From positions 768,001 to 832,000 of the forward strand of contig CBDCSU010000006.1 in the NCBI GenBank assembly GCA_965221775.1: a DNA stretch of 64,000 nucleotides, written 5' to 3'. The stretch comes from Candidatus Latescibacterota bacterium. GTDB lineage: Bacteria > Latescibacterota > UBA2968 > UBA8231. Positions 29,239 through 39,855 of the stretch are shown one piece after another. Under the pieces are notes generated by a model, which was given only the letters and a program-made list of their open reading frames with translations, did no database searches and was not told the origin of the DNA. The translations under genes were made by a program, and so were the position numbers. The stretch's first letter is position 1; each line of letters starts with the position of its first letter.

Positions 29239-31053
29239 TCAGCTGCGGCCGCCCGGCCGCGGCGCCTGCCGCGACCACAGTTCCTCCAGCCGCTCGATCG
29301 GCTCCCGGAGGGTGTCGATCGCCTCCAGCCAGAACCGGGGCGACTCCAGGTCGGCGCCGATCGACTCGCGGGCCACGTTCTCGGCCGTGTCGGAGCCCGC
29401 GCGCCGCAGGAACTCCTCGTAGCGGGGCAGGAAGGCGGCGCCCTCCTGGCGGAAGCGGGCGAAGAGCCCGCGGCTGAGGAGGAAGCCGAAGGTGTAGGGG
29501 AAGTTGTAGAAGGTCAGGCTGGTGATGTAGAAGTGCAGCTTGGAGGCCCAGAACAGGGGGTCCTCGCCGCCCTCCTCCAGGGCGTCGCCGAAGAGGCGGC
29601 GCTGGGTCTGCGCCATGAGCCCGCACAGGCGGCTGACCTCGACCTCCTCCTCCAGGCGCTCCTCGTGGAAGGCCTTCTCGAACTCGAAGCGCACCGGGAT
29701 GTCCATGAGGTAGACGGCGCCGTGGGCAGCTTCCATGTCGAGGACGCGGAGCTTGTCCTCGTCGCTCACCGCGGGATCGGAGAGGACGCCCTCGGTGAGG
29801 ATCATCTCCCCGAAGGTGGAGGCCGATTCGGCCAGGGTCATGGGGTAGTGGTGGAGGAAGGGGCGGGTTTCGCGCAGGAGGTGGTGATGGAAGGCGTGGC
29901 CGGCCTCGTGGGCGAGGGTGCGCACATCGCCGAGGCGGCCGTTGAAGGTCATGTAGACCCGCGGCTCCATGGTCAGCAGCGAGCCGGTGCAGAACGCCCC
30001 CGGCCGCTTGCCGGGCCTGGGCTCCCACTCGATCCAGCGGCGCTCGCTCATCTGCGCCGTGAACTCGCCGAGGGCGGGGTAGGCGGCGGCGAAGGCCTCC
30101 TCCACCCACGAGCGCGCCTCCTCCCAGGAGAGGGCCTTCTCCTCGCCGGCGGCGGGCAGCGGCGCCTCCAGGTCGTACCAGGCGACGCCGGGAGCGCCCA
30201 TGGCCTCGGCCTTGAAGCGGAAGACGCGGCGCGCCAGCTCGGCGCGGTCGTAGATCGCCTCGAAGAGGGCGTCGAGGGAGCGCCGGGTGATGCGCGCCTG
30301 GAAGAGGGCGGTGTCGAGGAAGTGGTCGACGCCGCGGTGGCGGTTGAGGGTGAGACGGGTCCCGGAGATGGCGTTGATCGCCGCCGCGGCCACGTCCTGA
30401 ACCGCCTCCCATGCGGCGTTGCCGCCCTCGAAGGCGGCGCGGCGCACGGCGCGGTCCGGGTGCGACATGAGAGAGCGCCGCTGCGCCATGGGCAGGCGCT
30501 GGCGGCGGCCGTCGGGCCAGGGCATGTCGAACTCGAGCTTGCCGGAGAGCGTGTCGTAGAGGCGCCCCCAGGCGTGGATGCCGTCGACGCCGAGATCGGC
30601 GGAGAGGCGCTCCTCCGCCGGACTCATGGTCCGCCGGGCCTCCTCGCGCAGCCGCCGCAGGTGGTAGACGCAGCCGTCGAAGGCGGGGCGGCCGGCGAGG
30701 CCGTCGACGGCGGCGGCGGAAGCCTGCTTGAGGCCGCGCTGCAGCTCGACCTCGAGCTTCTCGGCCTCGGCCGCGGTGCGGGCGAAGGCGGCCTCCGCCT
30801 TCTTGTAGGACTCGTCGGCGGCGTCGCCGGCGGTCAGGCACCCGAGGTAGGAGCCCAGGTGGCTCAGACGGCGGGAGAGATCCTCCACGTCGAGGAGGAC
30901 CCGCTCCCAGTCACCGGCGTTGCCGGCGTCGAGCGTGGGCAGCTCCGCGGCGCGCTGCAGCAGCGCCTGCAGCTCGTCGGCCAGGGCGCGCTCGAAGGCG
31001 TCCCTCTCGGAGCTGTCGAAGCTCGGGAAGTAGCTGGTGAGGTCCCAGTTCAT
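29239..31053 (-). CDS. M3B family oligoendopeptidase F
   Basis: MNWDL start, GKRPGAFC, HEAGH, AESAS, FYNFPY.FG. Confidence 0.92.
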   Translation of the reverse strand: MNWDLTSYFPSFDSSERDAFERALADELQALLQRAAELPTLDAGNAGDWERVLLDVEDLSRRLSHLGSYLGCLTAGDAADESYKKAEAAFARTAAEAEKLEVELQRGLKQASAAAVDGLAGRPAFDGCVYHLRRLREEARRTMSPAEERLSADLGVDGIHAWGRLYDTLSGKLEFDMPWPDGRRQRLPMAQRRSLMSHPDRAVRRAAFEGGNAAWEAVQDVAAAAINAISGTRLTLNRHRGVDHFLDTALFQARITRRSLDALFEAIYDRAELARRVFRFKAEAMGAPGVAWYDLEAPLPAAGEEKALSWEEARSWVEEAFAAAYPALGEFTAQMSERRWIEWEPRPGKRPGAFCTGSLLTMEPRVYMTFNGRLGDVRTLAHEAGHAFHHHLLRETRPFLHHYPMTLAESASTFGEMILTEGVLSDPAVSDEDKLRVLDMEAAHGAVYLMDIPVRFEFEKAFHEERLEEEVEVSRLCGLMAQTQRRLFGDALEEGGEDPLFWASKLHFYITSLTFYNFPYTFGFLLSRGLFARFRQEGAAFLPRYEEFLRRAGSDTAENVARESIGADLESPRFWLEAIDTLREPIERLEELWSRQAPRPGGRS

Positions 31054-32936
31054 GCCAGGCGCACCGACTTCAGTTCCTTGCGGGTCAGGCGGACGCCGCC
31101 GGTGCGCTGGCCGCGCACCGGGTAGTCGGCGACGGCGAAGCTCTCCTCCAGCACCCGCAGCCGCGGCTTCGGCTTGTAGACCAGCTCCACCGTGGCCTCC
31201 TCGTCGGTGGTGAGCTTGAGCAGCTTCGCCCCATCGGGCACCAGGGAATAGCTGCGGTTGAGGATGTACGAGTCGATGCGGCAGCGCTTGATGCAGGTGC
31301 CGCCCCTGGCGTCGCGGAAGACGGCGGTGAAGACCCGCTCCTTGTCGGGCAGACCGGCGTGGGCCATGCCCTTGCCGACGAAGAGCTTGTCCGGCGCGTC
31401 GACCACCGACCAGGTGCCGTCGCCGCGGATCACCAGGACGCGGTCGTAGGCAGAGACGTCGGCCACGTGGGCGCCCGTCACCTGGTGGCCCAGGTAGCCG
31501 GCGGACCGGTCGTAGCACAGCCGCAGGTCGCGCCTGGCCGCCTCGCGGGCTTCGACGCGCTCGAAGGAGGTGATCTCCGTGCGCCGCGGAAAGTCCTCCC
31601 GGCAGCGCTCGATCAGCTCCTCCACGTAGCGGATGGCGTACCCCACGATCTGCCTCAGGTCGCGGCGGATCTGCTTGAGGCGCGCCGCGAGCTCGCGCAT
31701 CTGGCGGCCGGTTCGCTCCATGTCGTAGAGGGAGATCCGCCGGATGGGGATGCGCAGCAGGGCCTCCAGGTCCTCGGGCGTGACCTCGCGGCCGATGCTC
31801 TCCCGGTGCGGCGCCAGCCCCTCGAGGACGGCCCGCTCCACCCCCTCCTGGGTGCGCTCCTCCTCGATCGCCTGGTAGATCCGGTGCTCGATGAAGATGC
31901 GTTCCAGGGTGCGGGCGTGGAGGCGGTCGGCCACCTCTCCCTCCTCGACGCGCAGCTGCGCCCGCAGGATGTCCACGAGGCGGTCGACGTTGTGCCGCAA
32001 GACCTCGGAGACCGACATGATCCGCGGCAGCTCGCCGTCGATGACGAGGAGGCTCACGGAGATCGATGTCTCACAGTCGGTGAAGGCGTAGAGAGCGTCG
32101 ACCACGTCGGCGGCGTAGACCCCGCGGGGCAGCTTGACCTCGATCTCCACCTTCTCGGCGGTGAAGTCGTGGATGGAGGCGACCTTCACCTTGTTCTTGC
32201 GCGCCGCGTCCTCGATGGAGGCGATCAGCGTCTCGGTGGTGCAGCCGTAGGGGATCTCGCGGATGACGATGCGCTTGTCGTCGGAAGCGTCGAGGCGGGC
32301 CCGCACCAGGACCCGGCCGTTGCCGTCTTCGTAGCCGGAGGCGTCCACCAGGCCGCCGATGGGGAAGTCGGGAAGGACCTGGAAAGGCTCGTCCCTCATG
32401 AACGCCACCTGCGCCTCGAGGAGCTCGATCAGGTTGTGGGGCAGGACCTTCGTCGCCATGGTCGGGGCGATGCCCTCGGCCCCCTGGGCCAGCAGCAGGG
32501 GGATGCGCACGGGCAGCACCACCGGCTCGCGGTTGCGGCCGTCGTACGAGTCGACGTACTCCGTCACCTTGGGATCGAAGATCACCTGCCGCGCCATGTC
32601 GGTGAGGCGGCATTCGATGTAGCGCGCCGCCGAGGCCATGTCGCCGGTGTGGATGTTGCCGAAGTTGCCCTGCTTGTCGATGGCCAGGTCCTTGTTGGCC
32701 AGCACGATGAGGGCCGAGAAGATCGACGCCTCGCCGTGGGGGTGGTAGCGCATGCACTGGCCCACCACGTTGGCCACCTTGTGGAAACGCCCGTCGTCGA
32801 TCTCGTGGAGGGTGTGCAGGATGCGCCGCTGCACCGGCTTGAGCCCGTCCTCCAGGTGCGGGATGGCCCGCTCCTTGATGGCGTAGGACGAGTACTCGAT
32901 GAAGTTCTTCTCGTAGATCTGCCGGATCCAGGCCAC
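31050..32936 (-). CDS. parC: DNA topoisomerase IV subunit A (GyrA/ParC family, short C-terminal domain)
   Basis: DGLKPVQRR, YHPHG, AARYIE catalytic Tyr. Confidence 0.85.
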   Translation of the reverse strand: MAWIRQIYEKNFIEYSSYAIKERAIPHLEDGLKPVQRRILHTLHEIDDGRFHKVANVVGQCMRYHPHGEASIFSALIVLANKDLAIDKQGNFGNIHTGDMASAARYIECRLTDMARQVIFDPKVTEYVDSYDGRNREPVVLPVRIPLLLAQGAEGIAPTMATKVLPHNLIELLEAQVAFMRDEPFQVLPDFPIGGLVDASGYEDGNGRVLVRARLDASDDKRIVIREIPYGCTTETLIASIEDAARKNKVKVASIHDFTAEKVEIEVKLPRGVYAADVVDALYAFTDCETSISVSLLVIDGELPRIMSVSEVLRHNVDRLVDILRAQLRVEEGEVADRLHARTLERIFIEHRIYQAIEEERTQEGVERAVLEGLAPHRESIGREVTPEDLEALLRIPIRRISLYDMERTGRQMRELAARLKQIRRDLRQIVGYAIRYVEELIERCREDFPRRTEITSFERVEAREAARRDLRLCYDRSAGYLGHQVTGAHVADVSAYDRVLVIRGDGTWSVVDAPDKLFVGKGMAHAGLPDKERVFTAVFRDARGGTCIKRCRIDSYILNRSYSLVPDGAKLLKLTTDEEATVELVYKPKPRLRVLEESFAVADYPVRGQRTGGVRLTRKELKSVRLA

Positions 32937-32948
32937 GGCGCTCTTCCC

Positions 32949-34805
32949 TCAGACCATGTGTTCCATGATGTACTCGCGGCGCTCGGGGGTGTTCTTGCCC
33001 ATGTAGAACTCCAGCGTCTGGTGCACCGTCGACATCTTGTCGATGCTCGTCTTCACCAGCTTCATCTCCCCGCCGATGAACCGCCCGAACTCCTTCGGCG
33101 AGATCTCGCCCAGCCCCTTGAAGCGGGTCACCTCGGCACCCTTCACCTCTCGCAGCGCCTGGTCCCGCTCGTTCTCGGAGTAGCAGTAGCGGGTCTGCTT
33201 CTTGTTGCGCACCCGGAAGAGGGGCGTCTCGAGGATGTAGACGTGGCCGGCCACCACCAGCTCCTCGAAGTAGGTGAGGAAGAAGGTGAGGAGCAGGTTG
33301 CGGATGTGGAAGCCGTCCACGTCGGCGTCGGTGGCCAGGACGACGCGGTTGTAGCGCAGGCCTTCGATGCCGTCCTCCACGCCGAGGGCCATCATCAGGT
33401 TGTAGAGCAGCTCGTTCTTGTAGACGGTGGCCTTGCTGCGGCCGAAGGCGTTCTGCGGTTTGCCCGTCATGACGAAGATCGCCTGCGTGTTGGGGTCGCG
33501 CGAGGAGACGATGGAGCCCGCCGCCGACTGGCCCTCGGTGATGAACAGGGTCGACTCGTCGCCGTGCTTGCGGTGGCCGAGGTGGTACTTGCAGTCGCGC
33601 AGGTTCGGGTTCTTGATCGAGATCTTCCGGGCGTTCTCCCGGGCCTCCTTCTTCACCGCGTTCAGGTCCTTGCGCAGCTTCTCGTTGTTGAGAATCCGCG
33701 CCTCCAGGGCCCCGGCCGCCTCCCGGTTCCGGTGCAGGAAGTCGGCCACCGCCTCCTTCACCTCGCTCACCATCCAGCCGCGCACGTCGGTGTTGCCCAG
33801 CTTGTTCTTCGTCTGCGACTCGAAGACCGGCTCCTTGAGGCGCACCGACACGGCGCCGGCGATGCCCTCGCGCACGTCGACGCCGTTGAAGCTCCTGCGG
33901 TAGAACTCGTTCACCCCCTTCAGCAGACCCTCGCGGAAGGCCGACTGGTGGGTGCCGCCGTCGGAGGTGTACTGGCCGTTGACGAAGGACCAGTAGGTCT
34001 CGCCGTAGCCGTCGACGTGGGTGAAGGCGAACTCGAGGTGCCGGCCGGCGTGATGGGCGGGCTCGTAGGCGACTCCCTCGTCGGAGGCGCCGACCTCGCG
34101 CTGCAGCAGGTCGAGGAGCCCCTTCTTCGAGGTGAAGGAGCGGCCGTTGAGGACCAGGGTGAGCCCGCGGTTGAGGCAGGCGTAGTTCCACAGCCGGCGC
34201 TCGACGAACTCGACGTCGTACTCGTAGCTGTTGAAGATCCCGGGGTCGGGCCGAAACTCCACCCGCGTGCCGTCGGGCTCACCGGCGGCCGATCCCCTCT
34301 TCGTCTCCTTCTTCAGCTCCCCCGACTCGAAGACCGCCTCGGCGTACTTGCCGGCCCGGTAGGAGACCACCCGGAAGCGGTGGGAGAGGGCGTTCACCGC
34401 CTTGGTGCCGACGCCGTTGAGGCCCACCGAGAACTGGTAGACGTCGTCGTTGTACTTGGCCCCCGTGTTGATCACCGAGACGCACTCCACCAGCTTGCCC
34501 AGGGGAATGCCGGAGCCGTAGTCGCGAACGCGGACGCCGCCGCCCTCGATCTCGACCTCCACCTTGCGGCCGTGGCCCATCATGAACTCGTCCACGGCGT
34601 TGTCGATCACCTCCTTGAGCAGCACGTAGATGCCGTCGTCGGGATCGGAGCCGTCGCCGAGGCGGCCGATGTACATCCCCGTCCGCAGGCGGATGTGCTC
34701 GAGGGACGAGAGCGTCTTGATCTTGCTCTCGTCGTAGCCGTTGGCGCCGTTGGCGGCGGCCTTGCGCTTGGAGGGGGTGAAGAGGTCGGGCTGCGTCGTC
34801 GTCAT
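32949..34805 (-). CDS. parE: DNA topoisomerase IV subunit B (GyrB/ParE family)
   Basis: EHIRLRTGMYIG, EVIDNAVDE, GLNGVG, ITEG.SA, DADVDG, RFKGLGE. Confidence 0.88.
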   Translation of the reverse strand: MTTTQPDLFTPSKRKAAANGANGYDESKIKTLSSLEHIRLRTGMYIGRLGDGSDPDDGIYVLLKEVIDNAVDEFMMGHGRKVEVEIEGGGVRVRDYGSGIPLGKLVECVSVINTGAKYNDDVYQFSVGLNGVGTKAVNALSHRFRVVSYRAGKYAEAVFESGELKKETKRGSAAGEPDGTRVEFRPDPGIFNSYEYDVEFVERRLWNYACLNRGLTLVLNGRSFTSKKGLLDLLQREVGASDEGVAYEPAHHAGRHLEFAFTHVDGYGETYWSFVNGQYTSDGGTHQSAFREGLLKGVNEFYRRSFNGVDVREGIAGAVSVRLKEPVFESQTKNKLGNTDVRGWMVSEVKEAVADFLHRNREAAGALEARILNNEKLRKDLNAVKKEARENARKISIKNPNLRDCKYHLGHRKHGDESTLFITEGQSAAGSIVSSRDPNTQAIFVMTGKPQNAFGRSKATVYKNELLYNLMMALGVEDGIEGLRYNRVVLATDADVDGFHIRNLLLTFFLTYFEELVVAGHVYILETPLFRVRNKKQTRYCYSENERDQALREVKGAEVTRFKGLGEISPKEFGRFIGGEMKLVKTSIDKMSTVHQTLEFYMGKNTPERREYIMEHMV

Positions 34806-34976
34806 CGCGCTCCGTGAGCTGCCCGGGAGCGGCCGGGGCGAACCTTCGCCGGGCGTGGCATGGGCCGGTCGGGGGTCGGGCCGGACGTGTGGGGGACCCG
34901 GTCCTCCGGGGGAGGGGAGAGTGCTGTCTTGCGGGGGGAGAGTGCCGCCGCTTGCGAAGATAGGGCGGCAGTTGAA

Positions 34977-36245
34977 CTAGCGCGAGGGGCGGCCGGCGCC
35001 CCGGCCTCCGTGGTGGTGCTCGCGGTGGTGCGGCGGCCCGTGGTGCTCCTGGCGGCGCCCTCCCGGACCCCGGGGCTGGCCGCGTCCACGGCCCCGCCGG
35101 CGCCCGCCTCCGCCGCGGGCCCGGACCGCGTTGAGGTCGGGCGCGTGGCCGCGCCACTGGGGCTCGATGCCCCGGGACTGGACGATGCGCTTGAGGTTGC
35201 CCAGATCGCGGTCGGTGACCAGGGTGAGGGCGATGCCGGTGCGGCCCATGCGCCCCGTGCGGCCGGTGCGGTGGGCGTAGATCTCGGGGTTGAAGGGAAA
35301 GTCGAAGTTGACCACGTGGCTGACGTTGGTGAAGTCGAGCCCGCGGCCGGCCACGTCGGTGGCGATCATGTACTTGATCTCCCGGCCCTTGAAGCGGTCG
35401 AAGATCGAGATGCGGCGGTCCTGGTCGAGGCCGCCGTGGATGTACTCCACCGAGCGCAGGGAGCGGCGGACCTTGCGGTACAGCTCTCCCCCCTTGTCGC
35501 GCGAGTTGCAGAACACGATCACCTGGTCGATCCCCTCCTCGCCGGCGAGGAAGTCGGTGAGCATGTCGACACGGTCGCCGCGCACGTGCAGGAAGTGGTG
35601 CTGCAGAGAGCTGGGGGCCCGCTGGTCGCGGTTGAGCTCGATCCGCGCCGGCTGCGTCAGGTACTTGGCGGTGAGGTTCTCGATGGCCGGCGGCATCGTC
35701 GCCGACCACAGCAGCACCGTGTGCTCCTGCAGCAGGCAGGCGAGGATGAAGTCCACGTCCTCGATGAAGCCCATGTCGAGCATCTCGTCGGCCTCGTCGA
35801 GGACGACGGTGCGCACCTGCTGCAGGTCGATGCGGGTGTTCCAGATCAGGTCGATGAGGCGGCCCGGCGTGGCCACGAGGATGTGGACGCCGTGGTTGAG
35901 CTTGCTCTTCTGCACGCCGATGTCGAAACCGCCGAAGACGGCGAAGGGCACCACGTCGGTGTGGCGCGCCACGTCGTCGATCTCCTGCACGTACTGCATG
36001 GCCAGCTCGCGGGTCGGCACGAGGACGAGGTGCTGCACGACCCGGAGCTCCGGGTCGGTCATGTGCACCAGGGGGATGGCGCAGGCCGAGGTCTTGCCCG
36101 ATCCGGTCTCGGCGAGGCCGACCACGTCGCGGCCGCCGAGGACTTTGGGGATGGCCTTCTCCTGGATGGGGGTCATCTCCTGGTAGCCCATCTCGTCGAG
36201 GGCCGACAGGATCTCGGGCTTGAGGTCCAGGTCCGTGAATTTCAA
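34977..36245 (-). CDS. DEAD-box RNA helicase
   Basis: Q motif, TGSGKT, PTRELA, DEAD, SAT, HRTGRTGR; basic tail. Confidence 0.95.
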   Translation of the reverse strand: MKFTDLDLKPEILSALDEMGYQEMTPIQEKAIPKVLGGRDVVGLAETGSGKTSACAIPLVHMTDPELRVVQHLVLVPTRELAMQYVQEIDDVARHTDVVPFAVFGGFDIGVQKSKLNHGVHILVATPGRLIDLIWNTRIDLQQVRTVVLDEADEMLDMGFIEDVDFILACLLQEHTVLLWSATMPPAIENLTAKYLTQPARIELNRDQRAPSSLQHHFLHVRGDRVDMLTDFLAGEEGIDQVIVFCNSRDKGGELYRKVRRSLRSVEYIHGGLDQDRRISIFDRFKGREIKYMIATDVAGRGLDFTNVSHVVNFDFPFNPEIYAHRTGRTGRMGRTGIALTLVTDRDLGNLKRIVQSRGIEPQWRGHAPDLNAVRARGGGGRRRGRGRGQPRGPGGRRQEHHGPPHHREHHHGGRGAGRPSR

Positions 36246-36528
36246 GGCGATGTGATTCCTTCTCGGTGGGTGCTCTCGCTCTGAGCGTCCCCGGGTGCAG
36301 GGGCGGGACGGAGCGCAGGCGGAAAGTCCGTCAGAGGATGGGGCCGCCGGCGGAACAGGAGGGCCGGCGAGGAGGGGGAAACGATCTCTAATACTATGAA
36401 ATTTCTGAAATTACGCAACCTCCGCCGGGCTCTGCCGGGGACCCGGGACGTTGCCCGCCGCAAGGGTCACCCTATCTTACGGCATCCCCCCGGTCCAACC
36501 CCTGCCATCGATATCCGCGAGTCCCGCC

Positions 36529-38049
36529 ATGGCCGACGTTCGCGTCCGTGTCGCCCCTTCTCCCACCGGCGCCCCGCACCTAGGCACGGCCTACATCGCC
36601 CTCTTCAACCGCCTCTTCGCCCGCCGCCACGGCGGCCGGTTGATCCTGCGCATCGAGGACACCGACCGCTCGCGGTCCCACCCCGACCACGAGCGCCGCC
36701 TCATCGACGCCCTGCGCTGGCTGGGGCTCGACTGGGACGAGGGCCCCATCGTGGGCGGCGCCTCCGGCCCCTACCGGCAGAGCGAGCGCCTCGACCGCTA
36801 CCGCGAGGCCGCCGAGGGCCTCGTCGAGGCCGGGCACGCCTACTACTCCTTCGCGACCCCCGCCGAGCTGGCCGCCTGGAGGGCCGAGGGACAGAGGGCC
36901 GGAGAGCCGCCCCCCCACGAGGCCGAGCGCGACGCCGACCCGGGGGACGGCCGCCGGCGTCATGCGGCCGGGGAGTCGTGCGTCCTCCGCATGAAGGTCC
37001 CGCGCGAGGGGGCCTGCGTGGTACCCGACCTGCTGCGCGGCGAGATCCGCTTCGACCACGGCGGCCTCGACGATCAGGTGCTGCTCAAGTCGGACGGCTT
37101 CCCCACCTACCACCTGGCGGTCGTCGTCGACGACCATCACATGGGGATCAGCCACGTCATCCGCGGCGAGGAGTGGATCAACTCGACGCCGAAGCACCTG
37201 CTGCTCTACGAGTGGCTCGGCTGGGAGCCGCCGGTCCACGCCCACCTGCCGCTGCTGCTCAACCCCGACCGCTCGAAGATGTCGAAGCGGCGCAACCCGA
37301 CGTCGATCGACTACTACCGCCGCGCCGGGTACCTGCCGGCGGCGGTCCTCAACTATCTCGCCCTGATGGCGTATCCCCCGGCCCGCGCCGCCGACGGCAG
37401 CGACGAGGAGAAGTTCGGCCTCGACGAGCTGGCCGCGCGTTTCGAGCTGGAGCGCGTCAACCTGGGGGGCTCGGTCTTCGACCTGGAGAAGCTCAACTGG
37501 CTCAACGGCCGCTACATCCGCGAGGACCTGACCGAGGGGGAGTTGCTCGCCGCCCTGCGGGAGTGGGCCCTCAACGACGAGACCTTCGGCCGGCTAGTGC
37601 CGCTCATGCAGCCGCGCATGGAGAGCCTGGGCGACTTCCTGCCGAGGTGCGCCTTCCTCTTCGCGCGTCGGGTGGAGGCGCGCGAAGAGGATCTGGTGCC
37701 GAAGAAGCGCACTCCCGGCGAGGTGGCTGCAACCCTGCAGTGCGCGGTGTGGGCCCTGGAGGAGGTGACGCCCTGGGGGCGGGACAGCGTGGAATCCGCC
37801 CTGCAGGCGGTCGCCGCGGCCCGGGAATGGCCGATCCGCGACCTGACGCGGCCCCTCTACGCCGCGCTCATGGGGCAACCCGTGGGGCCGCCCCTCTACG
37901 AGTCGATGGCGCTCCTCGGCGCCGACCTGACGCGGGCGCGGGTCCTCGAGGCGATCGAGGCCCTGGGCGGGCTCTCGAAGAAGAGGGCCCGCCGGCTGGA
38001 GAAGGAGTGGACGGAGGCCCGGGGCCGGGTCAGCCGCCCCGCTTCCTGA
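36529..38049 (+). CDS. gltX: Glutamate--tRNA ligase
   Basis: [30 protein letters not shown]. Confidence 0.95.
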   Translation: MADVRVRVAPSPTGAPHLGTAYIALFNRLFARRHGGRLILRIEDTDRSRSHPDHERRLIDALRWLGLDWDEGPIVGGASGPYRQSERLDRYREAAEGLVEAGHAYYSFATPAELAAWRAEGQRAGEPPPHEAERDADPGDGRRRHAAGESCVLRMKVPREGACVVPDLLRGEIRFDHGGLDDQVLLKSDGFPTYHLAVVVDDHHMGISHVIRGEEWINSTPKHLLLYEWLGWEPPVHAHLPLLLNPDRSKMSKRRNPTSIDYYRRAGYLPAAVLNYLALMAYPPARAADGSDEEKFGLDELAARFELERVNLGGSVFDLEKLNWLNGRYIREDLTEGELLAALREWALNDETFGRLVPLMQPRMESLGDFLPRCAFLFARRVEAREEDLVPKKRTPGEVAATLQCAVWALEEVTPWGRDSVESALQAVAAAREWPIRDLTRPLYAALMGQPVGPPLYESMALLGADLTRARVLEAIEALGGLSKKRARRLEKEWTEARGRVSRPAS

Positions 38050-39718
38050 TGTTGGCCCAGGCGTCGCGCAGGGTCACGGTGCGGTTGAAGACCGGCCGCG
38101 CCGGGGTGGAGTCCGGGTCGGCGCAGAAGTAGCCGAGGCGCTCGAACTGCACCGTCGTCCCCGGGGCGGCGGCGGCCAGGCCCGGCTCCAGCCAGCAGCG
38201 GGGCCGCACCTCCAGCGAGTCGGGGTTCAAGTTGTCCATCCAGTCCTCGCCGTCGGCCACGTCGAGGGGGTCCTCCACCCGGAAGAGCCGGTCGTAGAGC
38301 CGCACCTCGGCTTCGATGGCGTGCTCTGCCGAGACCCAGTGCAGGGTGGCCTTCACCTTGCGGCCGTCGGGAGCGTCACCTCCGCGGGTGGCCGGATCGT
38401 AGCTGCAGCGCAGCTCGACGACGTGACCGGCGGCGTCCTTGACCACCTCGTCGCAGGTGATGAAGTAGGCGTAGCGCAGGCGCACCTCGCGCCCGGGGGC
38501 GAGGCGGAAGAACCTGCGCGGCGGGTCCTCCATGAAGTCGTCGGCCTCGATCCACAGCTCCCGCCCGAAGGGGATGAGGCGGGTCCCGGCGGACTCGTCC
38601 TCGGGGTTGTTCACCGCTTCGAGCTGCTCGCTCTCCCCCTCCGGGTAGTTGGTGATCACCACCTTGAGGGGCCGCACCACCCCCATCGCCCTCGTCGCCA
38701 CCTTGTTGAGGTGGTCGCGGATGCAGAACTCCAGCAGCGACACGTCGATGTTGTTGTCGCGCTTGGCCACCCCCACCTCGCTCCAGAACCGGCGGATCGC
38801 CTGCGGCGGCACGCCGCGCCGGCGCATCCCCCGGAGGGTGGGCATGCGCGGGTCGTCCCACCCCGAGAGCCGGCCCGACTCGATGAGACGGGTGAGGTGG
38901 CGCTTGTGGGTGATCGTGTAGGTGAGGTTGCCGCGGGCGTACTCGATCTGCCGCGACGGGAAGATGCCGAGCTTCTCGATGTACCAGTCGTAGAGGGGGC
39001 GGTTGGCCTCGAACTCCAGGGTGCACAGGGAGTGGGTGACGCCCTCGATGGAGTCGCTCTGGCCGTGGGCCCAGTCGTACATGGGGTAGATGCACCAGCG
39101 CTCGCCGGTGCGCTGGTGGGGGGCGCGGAGGATGCGGTACATCACCGGGTCGCGCAGGACCAGGTTCGGCGAGGCCATGTCGATGCGCGCGCGCAGGACC
39201 TTCTCGCCGTCGCCGAACTCGCCGGCGCGCATGCGCGCGAAGAGATCGAGATTCTCCGCCGCCGGGCGGCCGCGGAAAGGGCTGTCCCGCCCCGGCTCGG
39301 TGAGGGTGCCGCGGGTCCGGCGGATCTCCTCGGCCGACTGGTCGTCGACGTAGGCCAGGCCTTTGCCGATCAGATCGCAGGCCCAGTCGTAGAGCTGCTC
39401 GAAGTAGTCGGAGGCGTAGAGCTCGCGCTCGCCCCAGTCGAAGCCGAGCCAGCGGATGTCCTCCATCTGGGCGTCGACGAACTCCTGCTCCTCGCGCGCC
39501 GGGTTGGTGTCGTCGAAGCGCAGGTTGCAGCGCCCGCCGAAGTCGGCGGCGATGCCGAAGTTGACGCAGATCGCCTTGCCGTGGCCCACGTGCAGGTAGC
39601 CGTTGGGCTCGGGGGGGAAGCGGGTCACCACGCGGCCGTCGCAGCGGCCGGAGGCGGTGTCCGCCGCCACCGCCTCGCGCAGGAAGTCACGGGGGCGCCC
39701 GCCGTCCTCGCTCTCCAT
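38030..39718 (-). CDS. glnS: Glutamine--tRNA ligase
   Basis: [33 protein letters not shown]. Confidence 0.96.
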   Translation of the reverse strand: MESEDGGRPRDFLREAVAADTASGRCDGRVVTRFPPEPNGYLHVGHGKAICVNFGIAADFGGRCNLRFDDTNPAREEQEFVDAQMEDIRWLGFDWGERELYASDYFEQLYDWACDLIGKGLAYVDDQSAEEIRRTRGTLTEPGRDSPFRGRPAAENLDLFARMRAGEFGDGEKVLRARIDMASPNLVLRDPVMYRILRAPHQRTGERWCIYPMYDWAHGQSDSIEGVTHSLCTLEFEANRPLYDWYIEKLGIFPSRQIEYARGNLTYTITHKRHLTRLIESGRLSGWDDPRMPTLRGMRRRGVPPQAIRRFWSEVGVAKRDNNIDVSLLEFCIRDHLNKVATRAMGVVRPLKVVITNYPEGESEQLEAVNNPEDESAGTRLIPFGRELWIEADDFMEDPPRRFFRLAPGREVRLRYAYFITCDEVVKDAAGHVVELRCSYDPATRGGDAPDGRKVKATLHWVSAEHAIEAEVRLYDRLFRVEDPLDVADGEDWMDNLNPDSLEVRPRCWLEPGLAAAAPGTTVQFERLGYFCADPDSTPARPVFNRTVTLRDAWANIRKRGG

Positions 39719-39855
39719 CGGATCCTCCGTCTTGCGTCAGGGCAGGGCGCGCCGGGAGACGGGCGCCTCCTTCGTGTTGCAGAGGGGTGCCGCTGCCGTA
39801 GATTCCGGGGCTTCGCACCCGGACAAGCCGTGAAATCTATGAAGAAAAGAGAACC

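Noticed and set aside
31359-34817. 1152-aa plus-strand ORF
   Set aside because: Antisense shadow of parE/parC
34914-34956. CIRCE/HrcA operator
   Set aside because: The GCACTC copies are direct rather than inverted, and the TTAGCACTC-N9 geometry is absent
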